Virus record (IMG/VR): IMGVR_UViG_3300036781_000806
Location: 2,430 to 66,429 of that record
DNA: 64,000 nt
Strand: one strand, 5' to 3'
Source: a virus
Below, in pieces: positions 1 through 10,084 of this stretch (position 1 is its first letter; every line of letters starts with the position of its first letter). The position numbers and the translations under genes are program-made. Under the pieces are notes generated by a model. It worked only from the letters and a program-made list of their open reading frames with translations, ran no database searches and was not told the DNA's origin.

Positions 1-88
1 CGTGTCGAGGCTTCCGGAGCCGCAGAACGGGCAACTGAAGGGGTTCGCCATATACTCCGCCAACTGGGCCGGTGTCAGATTCCGTCCG

Positions 89-388
89 CTATTCTTGGCG
101 TCGGTCTTTTTCATGCGTTCCTTCCGCAGGCGCGGGCCATTCTTCGAGGGGAGCGATCCCAACGAGCTGGTACACGTCCTCCCACTGTGCGTTGCAATTC
201 TGGCAGCGCATCTCGGTGCGCCAGTAATGGTTGCCGTCGTCCGGTCCGAAACAGGCGTCCACTGATTCTTCGGTTTCGAGTTCCTCGGATTTACAGAACG
301 GGCAGCACTGGTTGCGGCTGCCCACGTATCCATCAACTTGCTCCTGAGTCCAGGAGCGTTTCTGCGGCGTCATCTTTTTGTCCCTCAT
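89..388 (-). CDS. Small zinc-ribbon phage protein
   Basis: CPFC...CQNC pairs; AGAGAG before ATG. Confidence 0.6.
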   Translation of the reverse strand: MRDKKMTPQKRSWTQEQVDGYVGSRNQCCPFCKSEELETEESVDACFGPDDGNHYWRTEMRCQNCNAQWEDVYQLVGIAPLEEWPAPAEGTHEKDRRQE

Positions 389-582
389 CTCTCTTTCTTG
401 GATTTGAAATGAAATTCACGGCGGAGGGGAGTGTTTCGTCGCCAGGATCAAGGGCTGTCGCAGGATCTCCCTGCGCACTCATGCTCCGCACTCTGCCGCG
501 CCGCGTGGGTGATTCATTTGGGGCACGACGACCCTGTCCGTGGATCTCCCACGGCACCACAGCCCACGCGGAAACTCAACAG

Positions 583-1383
583 CTAAACAGCGCTCATGCG
601 CTCGAAGAAGTCTTCGCCCTCATCGAGCGCTTCCGCCTTGGGCGGGTTGGTCGATGGTTCAGTCGGAGCCGCCGCAGATTTCGACGGCTCAGGCGGAGGA
701 GCGGACGGGATCGTGTATTCGGTCCCAAGGAATTCCTGCAGCTTGTTGGACAATCCCAGGTAGCTCGGGAAAGCGTTTTCGGCAATGAACTCATCGAGTT
801 CGTACGCAGCGTCGAGCGCTGCCGTCATGCGTTCGTCGTTACCGTCGAATAGAACGGACGGCGATTCGAAGAAGCACTTCTCATAGTTGGGGAATCCGTT
901 TTTGGTGCCCAGAATCACCCGCAAGTTCGAGCCATTCATCGGATCGCACGGCAACGCGCGTTCGCACGCCTTGTCGTAGATGTCGAACAGTTGAGTGCCG
1001 AACTGCGCCAGGAAGACCTTGCCGTTGTTCTGCGGAGTGTTGCGATCCGAGAGCACGACCATGTTGCTGACGTAGTTGGAGCGTTTCGCGAAGCGCCGAG
1101 CCAATTCCCAATCCCGATTGTGCAGGTGCGCCGCGTGTTCGCACACCGGGCACTTGCGAAAGACGGTGGCAGGGCACCTGCACACCAGCCACCTGCCGTT
1201 GCGTTGCACGCCGTGCGTAAAGAAGCGGACCAAAGGCACGGCGTCATCTGGAGCTGGAAGAAACCGGATGATATCGCCGTTTTCCAGCTTCTTGATTCGG
1301 GAATCTTCATACTGCGACTTCTCGGGCTTCAACTTCTTAATGGCGTCCCGCATTGCACTGAGCCGACTATTGACCGGACTCAT
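583..1383 (-). CDS. T4 gp32-like single-stranded DNA-binding protein
   Basis: IIRFLPA, H-x-CRCP..CPVC Zn ligands, NNGKVF..FG, DP.NG.N, G.PNY motifs and an acidic C-terminal tail, as in the gp32 family. Confidence 0.85.
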   Translation of the reverse strand: MSPVNSRLSAMRDAIKKLKPEKSQYEDSRIKKLENGDIIRFLPAPDDAVPLVRFFTHGVQRNGRWLVCRCPATVFRKCPVCEHAAHLHNRDWELARRFAKRSNYVSNMVVLSDRNTPQNNGKVFLAQFGTQLFDIYDKACERALPCDPMNGSNLRVILGTKNGFPNYEKCFFESPSVLFDGNDERMTAALDAAYELDEFIAENAFPSYLGLSNKLQEFLGTEYTIPSAPPPEPSKSAAAPTEPSTNPPKAEALDEGEDFFERMSAV

Positions 1384-1967
1384 TGGGACACCGCCTCACA
1401 GGGGTTGCCGTCTTGATCCCAGTCATCTGGGCCGCTTATCACGATCCGATCGAGCAAGGCTTGGTCGGCGTCCGCGACCAAGTCGAGGGATACGAGCGGT
1501 GCTTCTTTGCCGCCGCGATGGATCTCGAAGATGAACCCGGCGTCCTCGGTCTCATGGCTACAGCCTTCGGTGAGACAGCTCGAGTATTCGATGAAGTCGC
1601 CGCTGAAAGCGGGCCGGACGTTGCGATAGTTGCCTTCGAAGCAAATGTCGCTTTCTGAGTCAGAATCAGCCGCTAACTCGGTGTTCGCTCTGCTCATCGT
1701 GACCGAGGCTATGGGCAGCAGCGTCGTCAACGTGGCTATCATGCTGGCCAAGATTCTTTGAGCGGAAAACTCGGCCACACTCTGGTTTTCCGGCAATTCG
1801 TCCATGCTGAAAGTTTTGAACCGTGATAGGAAGACTTCCAACACGGCGATGATTTGGCGGTGGACTTCATGAGTCAGACCGTCATTAAAAACGGGCACAC
1901 AAACGGCGTCGTCTATGGCCGTGGTTTCCACGAGCATAGCTCCGCCCGCAGCAGTTTTCGTCTGCAT
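1380..1967 (-). CDS. Hypothetical phage protein
   Basis: GGAG SD; overlaps the gp32-like start (ATGA-type coupling). Confidence 0.6.
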   Translation of the reverse strand: MQTKTAAGGAMLVETTAIDDAVCVPVFNDGLTHEVHRQIIAVLEVFLSRFKTFSMDELPENQSVAEFSAQRILASMIATLTTLLPIASVTMSRANTELAADSDSESDICFEGNYRNVRPAFSGDFIEYSSCLTEGCSHETEDAGFIFEIHRGGKEAPLVSLDLVADADQALLDRIVISGPDDWDQDGNPCEAVSQ

Positions 1968-2239
1968 TTTTGAATACTCCCTAAGTTGTGATGTGCTGGG
2001 TTCGAGCGGAGTGGCCTAACTTCGGTCGCTTCGGTGGAACGCCCCTTAATGCCGCGCCCACCTCACCTGCTCTGTCGGTCGGCCTCGTGTACCGGAGGCT
2101 CGCAATTACTGGATCTGTTTTCGCATGAAGGGTGCGTTTCGTCAACCCCCCTCTGAAACAACTTTTTACTCCCTATTCTTGTGAGTTACTCGCCTCGCCA
2201 TCGATTGAGCCAAGCTTAAACCCGTTTGTGGAATGACAG

Positions 2240-2263
2240 CAATATCTGCATTTGCAGATATTG
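2240..2263. promoter_or_regulatory. Perfect 11-bp inverted repeat, operator-like
   Basis: CAATATCTGCA-TT-TGCAGATATTG in an intergenic region; adjacent palindrome TTGGAATTCCAA at 2266-2277. Confidence 0.5.
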
Positions 2264-2380
2264 ACTTGGAATTCCAATCCGTGTTATGCGCCCTCGGGGA
2301 TAGCCACGACGTGGCTTCCGGACGCGCTCCGTTGCGCTCAGGAGTAGGGGATAGCTATACCTATAGCCCGGAATACGGAT

Positions 2381-2411
2381 GAGGCCCGCCGCGTGTGTGC
2401 GGGCGGGCCTC
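2381..2411 (-). terminator. GC-rich hairpin downstream of the 2436-2756 ORF
   Basis: GAGGCCCGCC/GGCGGGCCTC 10-bp stem; no clear U-tract. Confidence 0.35.
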
Positions 2412-2435
2412 GTTGGGGGCGGCGCTGAGCGGGGC

Positions 2436-2756
2436 TTACTGTGCGAGCAAGGTGTTGATGAGCCGGTTGACGGCCAAATCGAGTTCCTGAGTCCGGACGG
2501 TCTCAGCTTTCCAAACGACCACGCCGACGCCCACGACCGTGACCAACACCTCCAGTCGCTCCCTGGTCTGCATGGCCATTTGGACCGTAATGGCTCGCTC
2601 GTTCCCGGTCGCCGATTCCTCGATCACGACGAGGCCCCAGTTCTGATACGCGGTCTGCCAACCTCCGCCCGTCTCATCCGCCTCGATGGACCACGGGTCC
2701 ATGACGGAGGTCTCATCAAATGCCAGCTTCAACGGTAGCGCTGTGAGGGCTGGCAT
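2436..2756 (-). CDS. Hypothetical protein
   Basis: Tightly packed minus-strand ORF series. Confidence 0.55.
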   Translation of the reverse strand: MPALTALPLKLAFDETSVMDPWSIEADETGGGWQTAYQNWGLVVIEESATGNERAITVQMAMQTRERLEVLVTVVGVGVVVWKAETVRTQELDLAVNRLINTLLAQ

Positions 2757-2758
2757 TC

Positions 2759-3037
2759 CTACACCAGCCCTTTCAGGGCTTCGAGTTCTCGCGGATCAGC
2801 AGTCGCAACGTGCTTGCGCAGTTGCCGCGCCGTCTCACCTGCCGCCCAGTCCCACTTCTTGGCCTCGGAAATGTTACCGGCCATCCGCCATGCGTCCGCA
2901 GTCGCCCGCTGCGCCTCCATGATCTCCTGGGTCGCCAACGCGCCGTCTGTCGCAATGGCCATCGAGAGCAGCTCGGCGACACGCGCGGCGCGTTGCCGCG
3001 CGATGCTTTTCAGAAGAGCGCTGCTTAGGTTGGCCAT
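2759..3037 (-). CDS. Hypothetical protein (start reassigned to MANLSS)
   Basis: GGAGG SD upstream of ATG 3037; abuts the stop of the preceding gene. Confidence 0.55.
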   Translation of the reverse strand: MANLSSALLKSIARQRAARVAELLSMAIATDGALATQEIMEAQRATADAWRMAGNISEAKKWDWAAGETARQLRKHVATADPRELEALKGLV

Positions 3038-3039
3038 GG

Positions 3040-3387
3040 CTACTTGGCCTCCTTGAGCAGATCCCTCCAGCGGGGTTCCTGAAGGAATGCAACGCTGGCC
3101 TGACGCTCGATGGCTTCCTTGCTGACCTTGCCTCTGATGAGCATGCCCTTGAGCCTCATATCGTGGCCCGGTAAGAAGTTGCGGCCCTTCTTGGTCGTCT
3201 CGCCGCAACCGCAGCAGCACTTCAGTCCCGAGAGAGCGGCAGTGCGCTTCTTTGGGGTCTTGGAGGGACCAGCAGCCTTTTTCGAGGCGCTGGCGTGTCT
3301 AGACGCATTTGCGGCTTTGGCGCGGCGGGTGGCCCACGCCGCCCGCATCGCATCGCTTCTGTTGGTCGTCTTGGTGCTGGTCGTCAT
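3040..3387 (-). CDS. Small basic DNA-binding-like protein with C-x-CGCG...FxxGH motif
   Basis: Lys/Arg/Ala-rich; CCCGCGE...FLPGHD; AGGAG SD. Confidence 0.65.
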   Translation of the reverse strand: MTTSTKTTNRSDAMRAAWATRRAKAANASRHASASKKAAGPSKTPKKRTAALSGLKCCCGCGETTKKGRNFLPGHDMRLKGMLIRGKVSKEAIERQASVAFLQEPRWRDLLKEAK

Positions 3388-3819
3388 TTCGGGTTCTCCT
3401 TATTGGTCCTTATTGTGAGATTTCATCAGTAAAACCTCTACTTTCCATTAAAAATTTGCAAGTCCATTCGGCACAATAACCCTCAGTGCGGTTATTTGGG
3501 AAGGTTTGGGAGACGGCGCGTTCAGCGCCGCATCCACACAACGTTGTTCAGGTCGTCTGCGCTTACCGGCTTCGGATGGACAGCAACCGAGAACAGCGCC
3601 ACGAAACAGGCAGCCAGAAACAGCTCGACCAAATCCAACCCGATGTTCCGTTTGACCCACTGGTTCATAGGTCCCCCTGCATGCTCGATTGCCACGTCTG
3701 AGTGGTATGTTGCGTCAGTCCTTTGAGCCAGCCTGCTAAGGGGTGCGCTGGCAGGTGCTGCCCGAAAAGGACTAGCAGCAGGAGCACCGCCCACATCAGC
3801 ATCTGTTTGTGCTGCGCCG

Positions 3820-4281
3820 TCATCGCGCCGCCCTCCTGTTCTGGAAATTCTGCTGTAAGGTCTTCCAGTAATCCAGGGGTTCAAACTTGATCGGGTGCGG
3901 GATGCCCATCAAGCGGTTGAATGGATAGTTGGCTAAGCGAGCTGGCTGCAGGTATGGCGCGAGCTGAGGGAGCGCAGTCTCGTCAGATGGGGGCGGCGGT
4001 TCGGTAGGAACAGCCAGTCCGAGGCGTGCATCGTGATCCTGCAACCGCGCTACTGCTAGGTCATTGATGACTCTGCTGTCTAGACGGTCGTGGTGGCGTG
4101 AACAGTAGCGGAGTCGATGCAGGCGCAGCCGACACCCGCAATAGACGCAGCGGTAAAACGAGCGAGTACGGCGAAGTCTGCGGAGGCCGAATGCCACCCG
4201 AAGACCGGCCACCAGCACGAACACCAGGGCGCTCATCACGAAGCGTTGGTGATTGGCGATGAAATGGGTGAGAGTCGGCAT
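3820..4281 (-). CDS. Hypothetical membrane-anchored protein with CxxC...C..H motif
   Basis: Hydrophobic N-terminal helix, CVYC...YCSRHH. Confidence 0.45.
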   Translation of the reverse strand: MPTLTHFIANHQRFVMSALVFVLVAGLRVAFGLRRLRRTRSFYRCVYCGCRLRLHRLRYCSRHHDRLDSRVINDLAVARLQDHDARLGLAVPTEPPPPSDETALPQLAPYLQPARLANYPFNRLMGIPHPIKFEPLDYWKTLQQNFQNRRAAR

Positions 4282-4282
4282 C

Positions 4283-4528
4283 CTAGCTGACCTCCACGAC
4301 GAGATAGCCGAGGTCTGGATCGTAGGCGATGGAAGCGACACGGCACAGCAGCGTGCCATCCACCACGACCGCTACGGGTGTGTTGGCGATGGCCGGGAAC
4401 GTCACCTCCCAGCCCAAGAGCATCAAACGAAGTTTGCGAGCTGTGCAGACTTTCTGGATCAGCTCGCTTTCAGGAGATGGCGGAACCTCAGCCGGTTGCA
4501 CCACCTGTAGGGCACTTTGAATTTCCAT
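4283..4528 (-). CDS. Hypothetical protein
   Basis: ORF coupled to the downstream gene. Confidence 0.45.
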   Translation of the reverse strand: MEIQSALQVVQPAEVPPSPESELIQKVCTARKLRLMLLGWEVTFPAIANTPVAVVVDGTLLCRVASIAYDPDLGYLVVEVS

Positions 4529-4614
4529 GCCCCGATTTGAAAATTAAGAAAAATTTGCCCGCAAGGAATACCCGGCAGGTTTGCCGATCCAAGACGGAAC
4601 TGCTACCTAGTTCC

Positions 4615-4959
4615 ATGCAACCCCGCTCACGCCTCCGTGACCCTCTTCAAGACCTCATTGCAAGACAGCGCCGACAGATGCGCAACGACTGGCTGGCCCT
4701 GGATGAGATGAGGTTGCGGGTTCATGAAATGGGTGACCGCGTGGGTGGAAAGGCAGCAAGGCTGGCGGATGAGCTTGCGGGCCAGCTTGTGGCTTTCAAG
4801 ACTGAACTCGGGGTCGCTCAGTTTCGGTCAGAGTATCGGGACGAGTCCGGAGGCGAGAGGCTCTCTAGGGTTGCGATGGAGGACGTATACGAGCAGATCG
4901 AGGCCGAGGCTTTCCCGATTCGTGAGAAAGCGCCCAAGCGTAGCAAGGCGTCTGCGTGA
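4615..4959 (+). CDS. Hypothetical protein
   Basis: ORF filling the gap, convergent with the late operon. Confidence 0.45.
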   Translation: MQPRSRLRDPLQDLIARQRRQMRNDWLALDEMRLRVHEMGDRVGGKAARLADELAGQLVAFKTELGVAQFRSEYRDESGGERLSRVAMEDVYEQIEAEAFPIREKAPKRSKASA

Positions 4960-4969
4960 CTCGCCCTGA

Positions 4970-6079
4970 TTAGTTCCGGGTGTGACCGGCCTCATTGAAT
5001 GCGTAAGACTTCGTGCCGATCCAGGGGACCGCAACCCGCAAGTTCACCTGACTGCAGATGACGTTCATGTCGGTTTCGGTCGTGGACGTGACGACCTCCA
5101 GAAGCGTTTGGCCCAGCAGGATATCGCCGCCATGCCGAAGCACCTGCAAGAGCGTTTGGCCCAGATTGATGCCGGTGGCGGATGTTGCTGGTTGAATGTT
5201 GGCTTGGCCGGTGAGCGGCTGGTTACTGGAAGCGGCGGCAATCGTTTTGCAGACGACTGCCGAGGGTGCCGATTGGTTTCCGGCGTTGTCGACCGCGATG
5301 ATTCGATAGCAGTAGGTGCCCGGTGGTAGCGAAGCATCCGTGTACGTGAGGGTCGAGCTTGACTGTGTCGAGACCGTGATGAAGGATGTACACCCGCCGC
5401 CTGTACACCGTTGCACCAGATAAGACACGACCGCTACATCGTCTGTGGACGCCGCCCAGGTCATCGAGGAACCTGTAATGGTAAGGCCGGTCGGCTGAGT
5501 GGGCGCTGTGGTGTCGATTGCGCCCACGTAAGCTTGGCCCGACAGCGTCTTTGTGGTGGTCGCTTGAATGGAGGCGCTGCCGGTTTGCAGCCTGAGCGTT
5601 GTACTCCGCACCACGGCTTGACCTGCGAGAGTCCGCATCGTGAGCACGGTTCCAACCGGCACCAAAAAGGACTGGCCTGACAAAGTCCTGCTCTGTGAGA
5701 CACCCAGGGTTGTTTGGCCCAGCCGGTAGCGACCAAGCCGGATGCGGGTCTTCCTGGAAACCGGAATGGGCGGAATGATCTGAGCATGCCCGGAGAGCGT
5801 CAGGAATGCCCTTTTCTTAACGTTGGCTGATCCGCAGAGGGTCTGAATGCCCCCCAGGATCATGGCTTGTCCCGAGAGCGTCTGAGATACCACCGTCACG
5901 ATGTACGACTGGCACACCAAGAGCTTCGTGGTTGTGACCTTGATACCGGCCTGACCCGTTAGCGTGCGGGCCGTGGTGTTGCGGATGTCAGCAGCACCCG
6001 CGAGGGTTTGGGTGCTGGAGGTCGTTACCGCCGAGGGTGCGCCCAGCCGATACCGGCCTAGGCGGATTTGGGTCGCCAT
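4970..6079 (-). CDS. Virion accessory protein with fibronectin type III domain and repeats
   Basis: DTTAPTQP..W.ASTDDV.V..Y...Y.YRIIAVDNAGN.SAPS FN3 signature; repeated TLxGQA and IRLGRYRLG. Confidence 0.75.
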   Translation of the reverse strand: MATQIRLGRYRLGAPSAVTTSSTQTLAGAADIRNTTARTLTGQAGIKVTTTKLLVCQSYIVTVVSQTLSGQAMILGGIQTLCGSANVKKRAFLTLSGHAQIIPPIPVSRKTRIRLGRYRLGQTTLGVSQSRTLSGQSFLVPVGTVLTMRTLAGQAVVRSTTLRLQTGSASIQATTTKTLSGQAYVGAIDTTAPTQPTGLTITGSSMTWAASTDDVAVVSYLVQRCTGGGCTSFITVSTQSSSTLTYTDASLPPGTYCYRIIAVDNAGNQSAPSAVVCKTIAAASSNQPLTGQANIQPATSATGINLGQTLLQVLRHGGDILLGQTLLEVVTSTTETDMNVICSQVNLRVAVPWIGTKSYAFNEAGHTRN

Positions 6080-6093
6080 CTGTGAGGCCCCGC

Positions 6094-7083
6094 TTAAGTC
6101 TGCTTGTGGTGGAGAACGTTGAACACTGCCGGTTGGCCGCTCACGGAACCGGAACCATGGAACCCGTAGTGAGTGGGACCCGCAGGCAAGTAGTCATGCC
6201 GAGCACGGCTGTCTTGCTGCATAAAGGTGTTCGGATCGCATCCGTACTTGAAGAGCAGATTTGTACCGTCGTCGGCCACCTGCAGGTACATCATGTTGCC
6301 AACCATCGCGGTGACGTCAGTGTTGGAGTTGTTGTAAGCCGACGCGAATGACGTCAGCGAGGACCATTTGGATACGGTGTAGCCGGGTAGAGCTGAACCT
6401 GTCGCGGAACCACTCCAATGAAAGAGCACCAGCTTGCCGGAGCCGGAATCGTAGAAGAACATTCCAAAGGTCGGCCCCACACCCAAGCCCGTAAAGCCAA
6501 TCGTGATCGTGTATGGCGTTGAGGGTGCGGACCGATAGAATCCCGCAATGGTGGTGTCGGTCCTGGTTTTGAACTGAAGGCCGCCTCCGGTCAGGTCGGT
6601 CAGTACAGCGCTGCCCTGATTCAACCCTGTCCAGTTAGAAGCGGTTGGAGGTTGATTGACGTGCTGGTTGATCCGTAGAAAGGGTTGCCACGCTGAACCA
6701 TCGTAGAGGTACTCGTAATTAGAGTCGCTGTCGGTCGGGACAAAGCGGTCACCGGCCTTCAGGCCGCTCCCTGGAAGGCTGGAATAAGCGGCCATTCCAC
6801 TCAGGTTGCTTCGGATCGCATCGAGCGCACCAGCCGTCAGAATCGAATTGATGGTTGCACCGCTCGTGTGCGAAGCAGCCGTCGTTCCTTCCGCTCCCCT
6901 CGTGACCGTCCAGGTCGTGCCGGAGACGGCAGTCACGATCATAATTTCGGAATCAATCAGGATTCGGAAGTTGCCGCCCGAAGGGTAGCCGATGCTGGAA
7001 GACGCCGTTAGGGACGTGACGGAATTGTTGATGCTCCCGTTAAGCGTCGTGCCGGGATCGTTGACGTATTGTTCGTTTGCCAT
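6094..7083 (-). CDS. Tail fibre/receptor-binding-like structural protein
   Basis: TTLNGSI...IDSEI..VTA...VTRG.EGTTAASH..GA module typical of tail proteins; beta-rich C-terminus. Confidence 0.65.
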   Translation of the reverse strand: MANEQYVNDPGTTLNGSINNSVTSLTASSSIGYPSGGNFRILIDSEIMIVTAVSGTTWTVTRGAEGTTAASHTSGATINSILTAGALDAIRSNLSGMAAYSSLPGSGLKAGDRFVPTDSDSNYEYLYDGSAWQPFLRINQHVNQPPTASNWTGLNQGSAVLTDLTGGGLQFKTRTDTTIAGFYRSAPSTPYTITIGFTGLGVGPTFGMFFYDSGSGKLVLFHWSGSATGSALPGYTVSKWSSLTSFASAYNNSNTDVTAMVGNMMYLQVADDGTNLLFKYGCDPNTFMQQDSRARHDYLPAGPTHYGFHGSGSVSGQPAVFNVLHHKQT

Positions 7084-7114
7084 GTATGCGTCATGCTCCT
7101 ACTGCGTCAATAGT

Positions 7115-7645
7115 TTAGGATTCGTCATAAGACAAGGTCAGCGTTGCCGATGCTGTCGCGCCTGCAGCCGTAGAACTCGTCGTTTGCATCTGGGTGATGA
7201 GGAATTGGGTGTAGCACGGATTTGTAGAGCAAGACGCGCCTGGGCTTGCCGTCTGCGGACCCGTTGCCACAAACAAAACCGTGTCACCGGAGCCAATCGA
7301 GATCGGCGAGGTCATGTCGGTTGTGAGGGCCGAGTTCGTGGCCGTGCTGGGTGTTGTAAAGGTGCTCGAAACGACGCCCTTCAAAGCGATGCCGGTCCCA
7401 AACGTGCCCGCAGTGTGCGCCCACAGCCCATTTGAGATCGTCGTGAAGGTTCCGGAGAACTTGCCGTAGATGAACTTCTCATAGCTGTTGTTGCCAGCCG
7501 TGATCGGAAACGACGTGATAGCGCTGGTGGCGTCGTCGATGTTCTTCCAGTTGCAATCGGTCGTCGTAGCGCCTTGCGTCGTTCCATGGGCCGGTGAGCC
7601 TGTGGCCGCGCCGTTGTCTTGAAGAAAAGTAAATGTAGCTGCCAT
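7115..7645 (-). CDS. Minor structural protein (Thr/Ser/Gly-rich)
   Basis: Position in the tail-tip cluster; composition. Confidence 0.6.
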   Translation of the reverse strand: MAATFTFLQDNGAATGSPAHGTTQGATTTDCNWKNIDDATSAITSFPITAGNNSYEKFIYGKFSGTFTTISNGLWAHTAGTFGTGIALKGVVSSTFTTPSTATNSALTTDMTSPISIGSGDTVLFVATGPQTASPGASCSTNPCYTQFLITQMQTTSSTAAGATASATLTLSYDES

Positions 7646-7656
7646 CTGAAAACCTC

Positions 7657-8748
7657 TTATGAAAACCGTGCGATCCCAAGCCGTAGGCTATTGACCTGCG
7701 TCTGCGTCCATTCCGTTGTCGTGAATGGAAACACCCGCCATGCGTCATAGATGAACTGCCAAGATCCATACGACGGATAGAAAAGCCCCGTCGCCTTGGA
7801 ATCGACATTGTAATAACCGAATGCGGCACCCGCCCCTGCATCGGAGAGCGTCACGTACCAGATTGCGACCGTGCCTTTCACTGTGCCGCTGAACGCTGGA
7901 AGGTCCTGCAAATCGTAAGAGTCTTCCTGTCCCGCTGCGTCAGCGACGTTGTAGGTGGTGCCGTCCGGCGGATGATTGTTCACTTCAACGTAATGGGTGG
8001 AACCACTGATGGGCGTCCACTGAGAATCGCCGTCGCCGTTCGGATACAACGGAACAATTTCAACATCACCCAACGGCGTTGAATCATTGGCGGTGACGTA
8101 GAAATCGGTCATGATGCCCGTAGTGGCATCAAGCAAAACGTTTTTGATGCTCAGGTGGTCGAGCCAGGGATTAGCGCCGACGTTGCCATCTCCGTCTGTC
8201 CTGCGATGGGGCGAATCCAAGACGCCACCCACGACCCACGCCTCCCCGTTGACGTAGAAATCGTAGAAGCAAGTGAGCCAGTACTGCTCGAAGATCTCAG
8301 GAGTCGTCGGGGTGGCCGGAATGTGAGGCTGATACTGACGCACTGTCTGCAAATGAAGCTCGAAGTAGTACCAAGTCCAGTTGCGGATGGACTTCTGAGT
8401 CACGATGCCTGCCGTGGCACTCCCCGCCAAACCCGCCGAGAAGGTAAATCGTCCGTCTCCGACCGGGACCACCGAAAACCCGAAACCCGAATAGTCGTTG
8501 GTAAAGGTGATGGGGGCGTGGCTGAGATTCTGAGTCTGCCAACGGATACCGACTGTAAGTTCGGTGACCTCATCTGGCAACCCAAATTTCAAGGAGCCGT
8601 GAACGCTTCCGGGTAGCAGGGTGCTGCCAGCGATCACGTTGTTTCCCGTGCCCGCCTGCAAATCAGCTGTGGTGTACAGCTGATTCGCTTGAGTTCGCGG
8701 ATCGTAGAACTGAAAGGAATCCGCAAAGACGAGGGTGTTGGAGGGCAT
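7657..8748 (-). CDS. Tail-associated beta-sandwich (lectin-like) protein, paralog B
   Basis: D.F..Y N-terminus, W.YFE, D.Y.T, L.PNG.G motifs shared with 8771-10084. Confidence 0.65.
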   Translation of the reverse strand: MPSNTLVFADSFQFYDPRTQANQLYTTADLQAGTGNNVIAGSTLLPGSVHGSLKFGLPDEVTELTVGIRWQTQNLSHAPITFTNDYSGFGFSVVPVGDGRFTFSAGLAGSATAGIVTQKSIRNWTWYYFELHLQTVRQYQPHIPATPTTPEIFEQYWLTCFYDFYVNGEAWVVGGVLDSPHRRTDGDGNVGANPWLDHLSIKNVLLDATTGIMTDFYVTANDSTPLGDVEIVPLYPNGDGDSQWTPISGSTHYVEVNNHPPDGTTYNVADAAGQEDSYDLQDLPAFSGTVKGTVAIWYVTLSDAGAGAAFGYYNVDSKATGLFYPSYGSWQFIYDAWRVFPFTTTEWTQTQVNSLRLGIARFS

Positions 8749-8770
8749 GCCCTCCTATTTAGCGAGGGCC

Positions 8771-10084
8771 TTACGGAGCCTTCCTGAGGCCGATTTCAAA
8801 GCCGTTGATGTCATCCCGAGTCCACGGAGTGGCGCTAACCTTGAAACGCATCGGCGCGAAGAAGGCGTCGTAGTTTCCTAGACTCGGATACCACGTCCCC
8901 AATACAAACGCACCACCACCCGACATCCGCAGTCCTTGAACCTTGCAAGGGCCAGCGTTGCTCTTCTTAACGTAGAAGTCGGTTTGGCAGCCACGAATGT
9001 CCTGATAGATCGGGGATAACTGTTGGAGCGTGTACGAATCCTGGACCGGCGAGCCATCCAGCTTAAGAGCCGCGTTGCTCGATACGGTGGTCTCGTCGCC
9101 GTCTGGCTGAACGTCGTCAACCATCTCCCAGTTCTGCTTTGTTGGATCGGACGGCGTGAAGTCGCTGTACTGGCCCTGCCCATTCGGACGCAGCGTCTTC
9201 ACTTGAATTCCTTGCTGGCCGTTGTCGAAGAGTCCATCCGCCAGGAACTCGCCGTCTGTGATGTAAAGGTCATCAAAGACGCCCACGACGTTGGTGTTGA
9301 AGTTTGCCGTTGCCCAGTTGAAATCGAACTGGCCGAGATCGTTCTCGTTGGTCGTCAAGACGCTGTCGAGCCAAGTCACGCCGTTGACCTTCAGCACGTA
9401 CGAGACCTCGGCGTAATAGCGCCCCGTGAAGACGTCGAATAGCTGAGTCGCTTGAGCTTGAAACTCGAAATAGTTCCACTGACCCGGCCTAATGGCGTTG
9501 GCGGTCGGTAGTCCAAACTCCGCCGTTCCCAGCATGGATGATGCTACGCGGAAGCCGCGTCCACCCGGAGCAATGAAGACGCTTGGCGGATGCGCGGCGT
9601 CGTAACCGGACGCTCCGTTCACCAGAATTGAGATGACTTGCCCGCCGCTGACGGCCACGTCAATGCTCGTGTAACTGCCGCCCGGTTGACCGTTCACGAG
9701 GTATACCTGCGGGACCTGATCGTAATAGGAGCCGCCATGCGTGACTGTCACGATCACTGAGCTGCCGCCACTGAAGACCGCCGCAGTCGCAGCAGCGTTG
9801 TCGTCGTAGTGGTACAGGTTGAAGTTGAAATTGGTGAGGTTGTTGCTGAACCCACACAACGCGGGCATCGAGATTGCCGGGATGTAGTCGTTCAGGTGAT
9901 ACGCAAAGCCGATGCAGGCGGTCGGTAGCTCTCCCTCGAAGGTCAGCGAAGCGCCGCCCTGTGCGCCTTTGCTGCCCCGACCTGGGTAGGCCGTCAGGCT
10001 GGAAGACGTGTAGTAGTTGTAGCCCTGTCCCGACAGATCGTAGTCTTCAAAGCCGTCGAGGTAAATGAGTCTTGAAACGCTCAT
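8771..10084 (-). CDS. Tail-associated beta-sandwich (lectin-like) protein, paralog A (start reassigned to MSVSRL)
   Basis: ATG overlaps the stop of the hub gene (ATGA); same motifs as paralog B plus a GGSY repeat insert. Confidence 0.65.
   Translation of the reverse strand: MSVSRLIYLDGFEDYDLSGQGYNYYTSSSLTAYPGRGSKGAQGGASLTFEGELPTACIGFAYHLNDYIPAISMPALCGFSNNLTNFNFNLYHYDDNAAATAAVFSGGSSVIVTVTHGGSYYDQVPQVYLVNGQPGGSYTSIDVAVSGGQVISILVNGASGYDAAHPPSVFIAPGGRGFRVASSMLGTAEFGLPTANAIRPGQWNYFEFQAQATQLFDVFTGRYYAEVSYVLKVNGVTWLDSVLTTNENDLGQFDFNWATANFNTNVVGVFDDLYITDGEFLADGLFDNGQQGIQVKTLRPNGQGQYSDFTPSDPTKQNWEMVDDVQPDGDETTVSSNAALKLDGSPVQDSYTLQQLSPIYQDIRGCQTDFYVKKSNAGPCKVQGLRMSGGGAFVLGTWYPSLGNYDAFFAPMRFKVSATPWTRDDINGFEIGLRKAP

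Noticed and set aside
4970-10084. Diversity-generating retroelement or invertible tail-fibre shufflon
   Set aside because: No reverse transcriptase, invertase or near-identical template/variable repeat is visible in the window.
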